From NCBI GenBank assembly GCA_016748015.1, contig JAAOMT010000129.1, positions 372,001 to 436,000 on the forward strand: a stretch of 64,000 nucleotides of DNA, in the 5' to 3' direction. The stretch is from Geosiphon pyriformis uo1. Its lineage: Eukaryota > Fungi > Glomeromycota. Under the pieces are notes generated by a model that was not told where the DNA came from, did no database searches, and saw only the letters and a list, made by a program, of their open reading frames with translations. The stretch's first letter is position 1. Every line of letters starts with the position of its first letter. Below, piece after piece: positions 61,778 to 64,000 of this stretch. Made by a program: the position numbers and the translations under genes.

Positions 61778-64000
61778 TATTACAGATGATTATTTGAGGT
61801 CTTAAAGCAAATAACAAATCCGTAACTTGGTGCTTGATTGGTATTCTGGTGTTGATATCTGAAGGTTTAGTTAATCTGAAGATTTGTTTGTTCTGAAGGT
61901 TTTGGTATAGAGTTCTTTGTATAATGGACAAAGATTTAATAGTTGTTTCAGTAGCCTCCCAGAATCGCAATTCTGTCAAATTTTTTTCTCAGCATGATGG
62001 CCGGTAATCCTCCTAATAAGCTATTCTTAAATCTATGAGTGTTTTATCCTTGTTTCACAGGTTTTTTACCAGTCCCTATGATGTTTGTATCTCAGTGCTT
62101 AATTTTTAATCAACTTAGTAAAATCAAAAAATAACAAAAAGAAATAAAAGAAAAATAAAAGAAAATAAAAAAAATGAGTCAAAGCAATTACAAGTTAGTA
62201 TCCTATTAATAGTCATGATCAAGAGCTATTGTTCCAATATGATTAAGTATCAATTACTATCAACATGAAATATTAATAGTGAAGAGTGGATTGAGGTAGT
62301 GAATAATTATTTATTGATATTTGTGAATGAAAAGTTGTTTAGATCAGATCTAAACTAGAAGGTTTTTAACTAAAAGATTTTGCTTTTTCTACTTTTAATG
62401 CTACTGTTATATATACATAATTGAGATTCCTCAATTCCTCAATTCTTCATACCAGGAATTCCAGAATTCCTGGAATTCTGCAATTTTTTTTGAGAGGAAT
62501 TCTGGAATCCTGTGATTCTTTTGTATGAAAATCCTGAAATTCCTGAAATTCTGCAATTTCTCTTGAAAGGAATCCTAGAATTCCACTTTTATTATGACTA
62601 CTTCTAATTGGCTAATTTATATGCTAATATATTTCCTATATTTTATGAGTAATATTATCTCCTCCTTTAATATTGAGTTCCATCGAGATCTCCTAATTTT
62701 AATTCTCTGTCTTTGAGTATTTCTTGAATTTCTTTTTCAAAAATTACTTGAGTTATCTTGTTTTGTAATTTTTCAAATTGTGTGTTGATTATTTTTCTCA
62801 TTTGGTTAACTGTAATGGAGTCTATTTCTGGATTAAGTAAGATTTCCAGTCTGTCTTGAAATCCTGTATAGAGCCGATATATGGCTCTTGTCTGTGTAGT
62901 TACATTATTCTTTCTTACAAATTGTTCTAATTGTTGTAGTATTGTTGTGTCAAATAATTGTTTTGTTTTATCTGTATATAAGTTTTGAATGTTCAAGTGT
63001 CATCTCAAGTGGAAATAACAAAAGTTCTTTGGAAATTCATGTATCCACCATTTCCAAGTCTCTTTGGTTAGCTCTTGATATGTGGTAATACTTATTGGTT
63101 CTTTTATTGCTATTTTTATTTTCAAAATCATTTTGTTGATAGTGTTTTCTGTTTTTTTTTGACTTTTGTATTTGGGTTTCTTTCTGGTATCTTGATATCA
63201 AATGGTTTGTTGATTAATAGTAATTTCTATATCCTGTTGTTGAATCAGTTAGAAGAGTTGTTGTGCTAGTGAGTGGATATTGTTAGTAATTTCCATTTTT
63301 CTGGAGTCTTTTGTCATGTCTACTATGTCTTTATATATTCTTTTTATTGTTCAATTTTATGTGTTTGGTCCAATAATTATGATTGGTTTTAGATCTCATG
63401 GAATCTCATCTGGTTGGACTAGTATTCTCTGTACTCCTAATTGTGGAATATTACTGATAAATGGTAACACTATATAGTAATATGGTTTTAGTCGATCATC
63501 ATGTGCTGCTTTGGCTAAAATTTTGTTGTTCCATCTTAATTTATAAGCTCCATTTTCAAGAATTTTTTCTATGTGAAATGATCCATCCTATTTGGGGTCA
63601 AATTTTTCACTCCATTGTTTTTCTACTTTAATACGATGTAAAAATACTTTGTTTCCAATCTTGAATTCAACTGGTTTATCTGATAGTCAGTTATCATGTC
63701 TTTTTTTTTGTTTTTTCTGTGCTTTTTGAATGTTATTAGCTGCTCTTCGCCATTTGTTTTCAAGTGTTTCCATTAAGTCATATGTTCTTTTTAGCAATGT
63801 TTCTTGAAAATTGTCTTCAATTATTGGTTTTGCTAAATAAGTGTTGACTTCTATCTCAACTGGCAATGTTGCTGTTCTACTGTATACTAATTCAAATGGT
63901 GTTGTTTGTATAGTGTCTTGCTTCATTGTTCAATAAGCAAATAATACTGATAATATAATCAAATTCCATTCGTTCTGGTTTTCTTGGCTGACTTTGGCAA
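61778..64000 (-). mobile_element. Second Gypsy element, 3' part (integrase C-terminus, extra ORF, PPT, 3' LTR 61778-62654); runs off the window
   Basis: Reverse strand: VLFAY.TMKQDTIQTTPFELVYSRTATLP, KFDPK(W)DG(P)F, AHDDRLKPYY; PPT AAAGGAGGAGATAA at 62655-62668; LTR flanked by ACAT. Confidence 0.9.
62667..63318 (-). pseudogene. Extra ORF3 of unknown function in the second Gypsy
   Basis: MTKDSRKMEITNNIHSLAQQLF.LIQQQDIEITINQQTI... with one frameshift and three stops, joining ORF 62667-62996; ends at the PPT. Confidence 0.6.

Overview
Eukaryotic, intron-rich fungal DNA. Gene content and repeat types point to an early-diverging fungus, probably Glomeromycotina; this is inferred, not searched. 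Three CpG-retaining gene islands carry six host genes: LYS1, a GFA/CENP-V-family protein, a cytochrome b5-fused delta-5 desaturase, RPA3, an Hda1-type deacetylase and a bestrophin. They are separated by very AT-rich tracts that are nested transposon graveyards eroded by C->T/G->A changes. Mentally reverting those transitions recovers two ghost antisense LINEs, two Tc1-type transposases, a ghost LTR and a ghost Gypsy gag. Younger elements sit inside these ghosts: two full-length RNase H-containing LINEs, several 5'-truncated LINEs, one complete Gypsy, a solo LTR and a partial second Gypsy. The most notable unannotated feature is a minus-strand Fanzor2/TnpB-like RNA-guided nuclease relic (~36268-37650). 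It is immediately followed by a structured candidate omega-RNA and element end (~36151-36262) and is essentially invisible in the ORF track. Both Gypsy families carry an extra non-env ORF after integrase, and the LTR insertions have 4-bp alternating purine/pyrimidine target sites.
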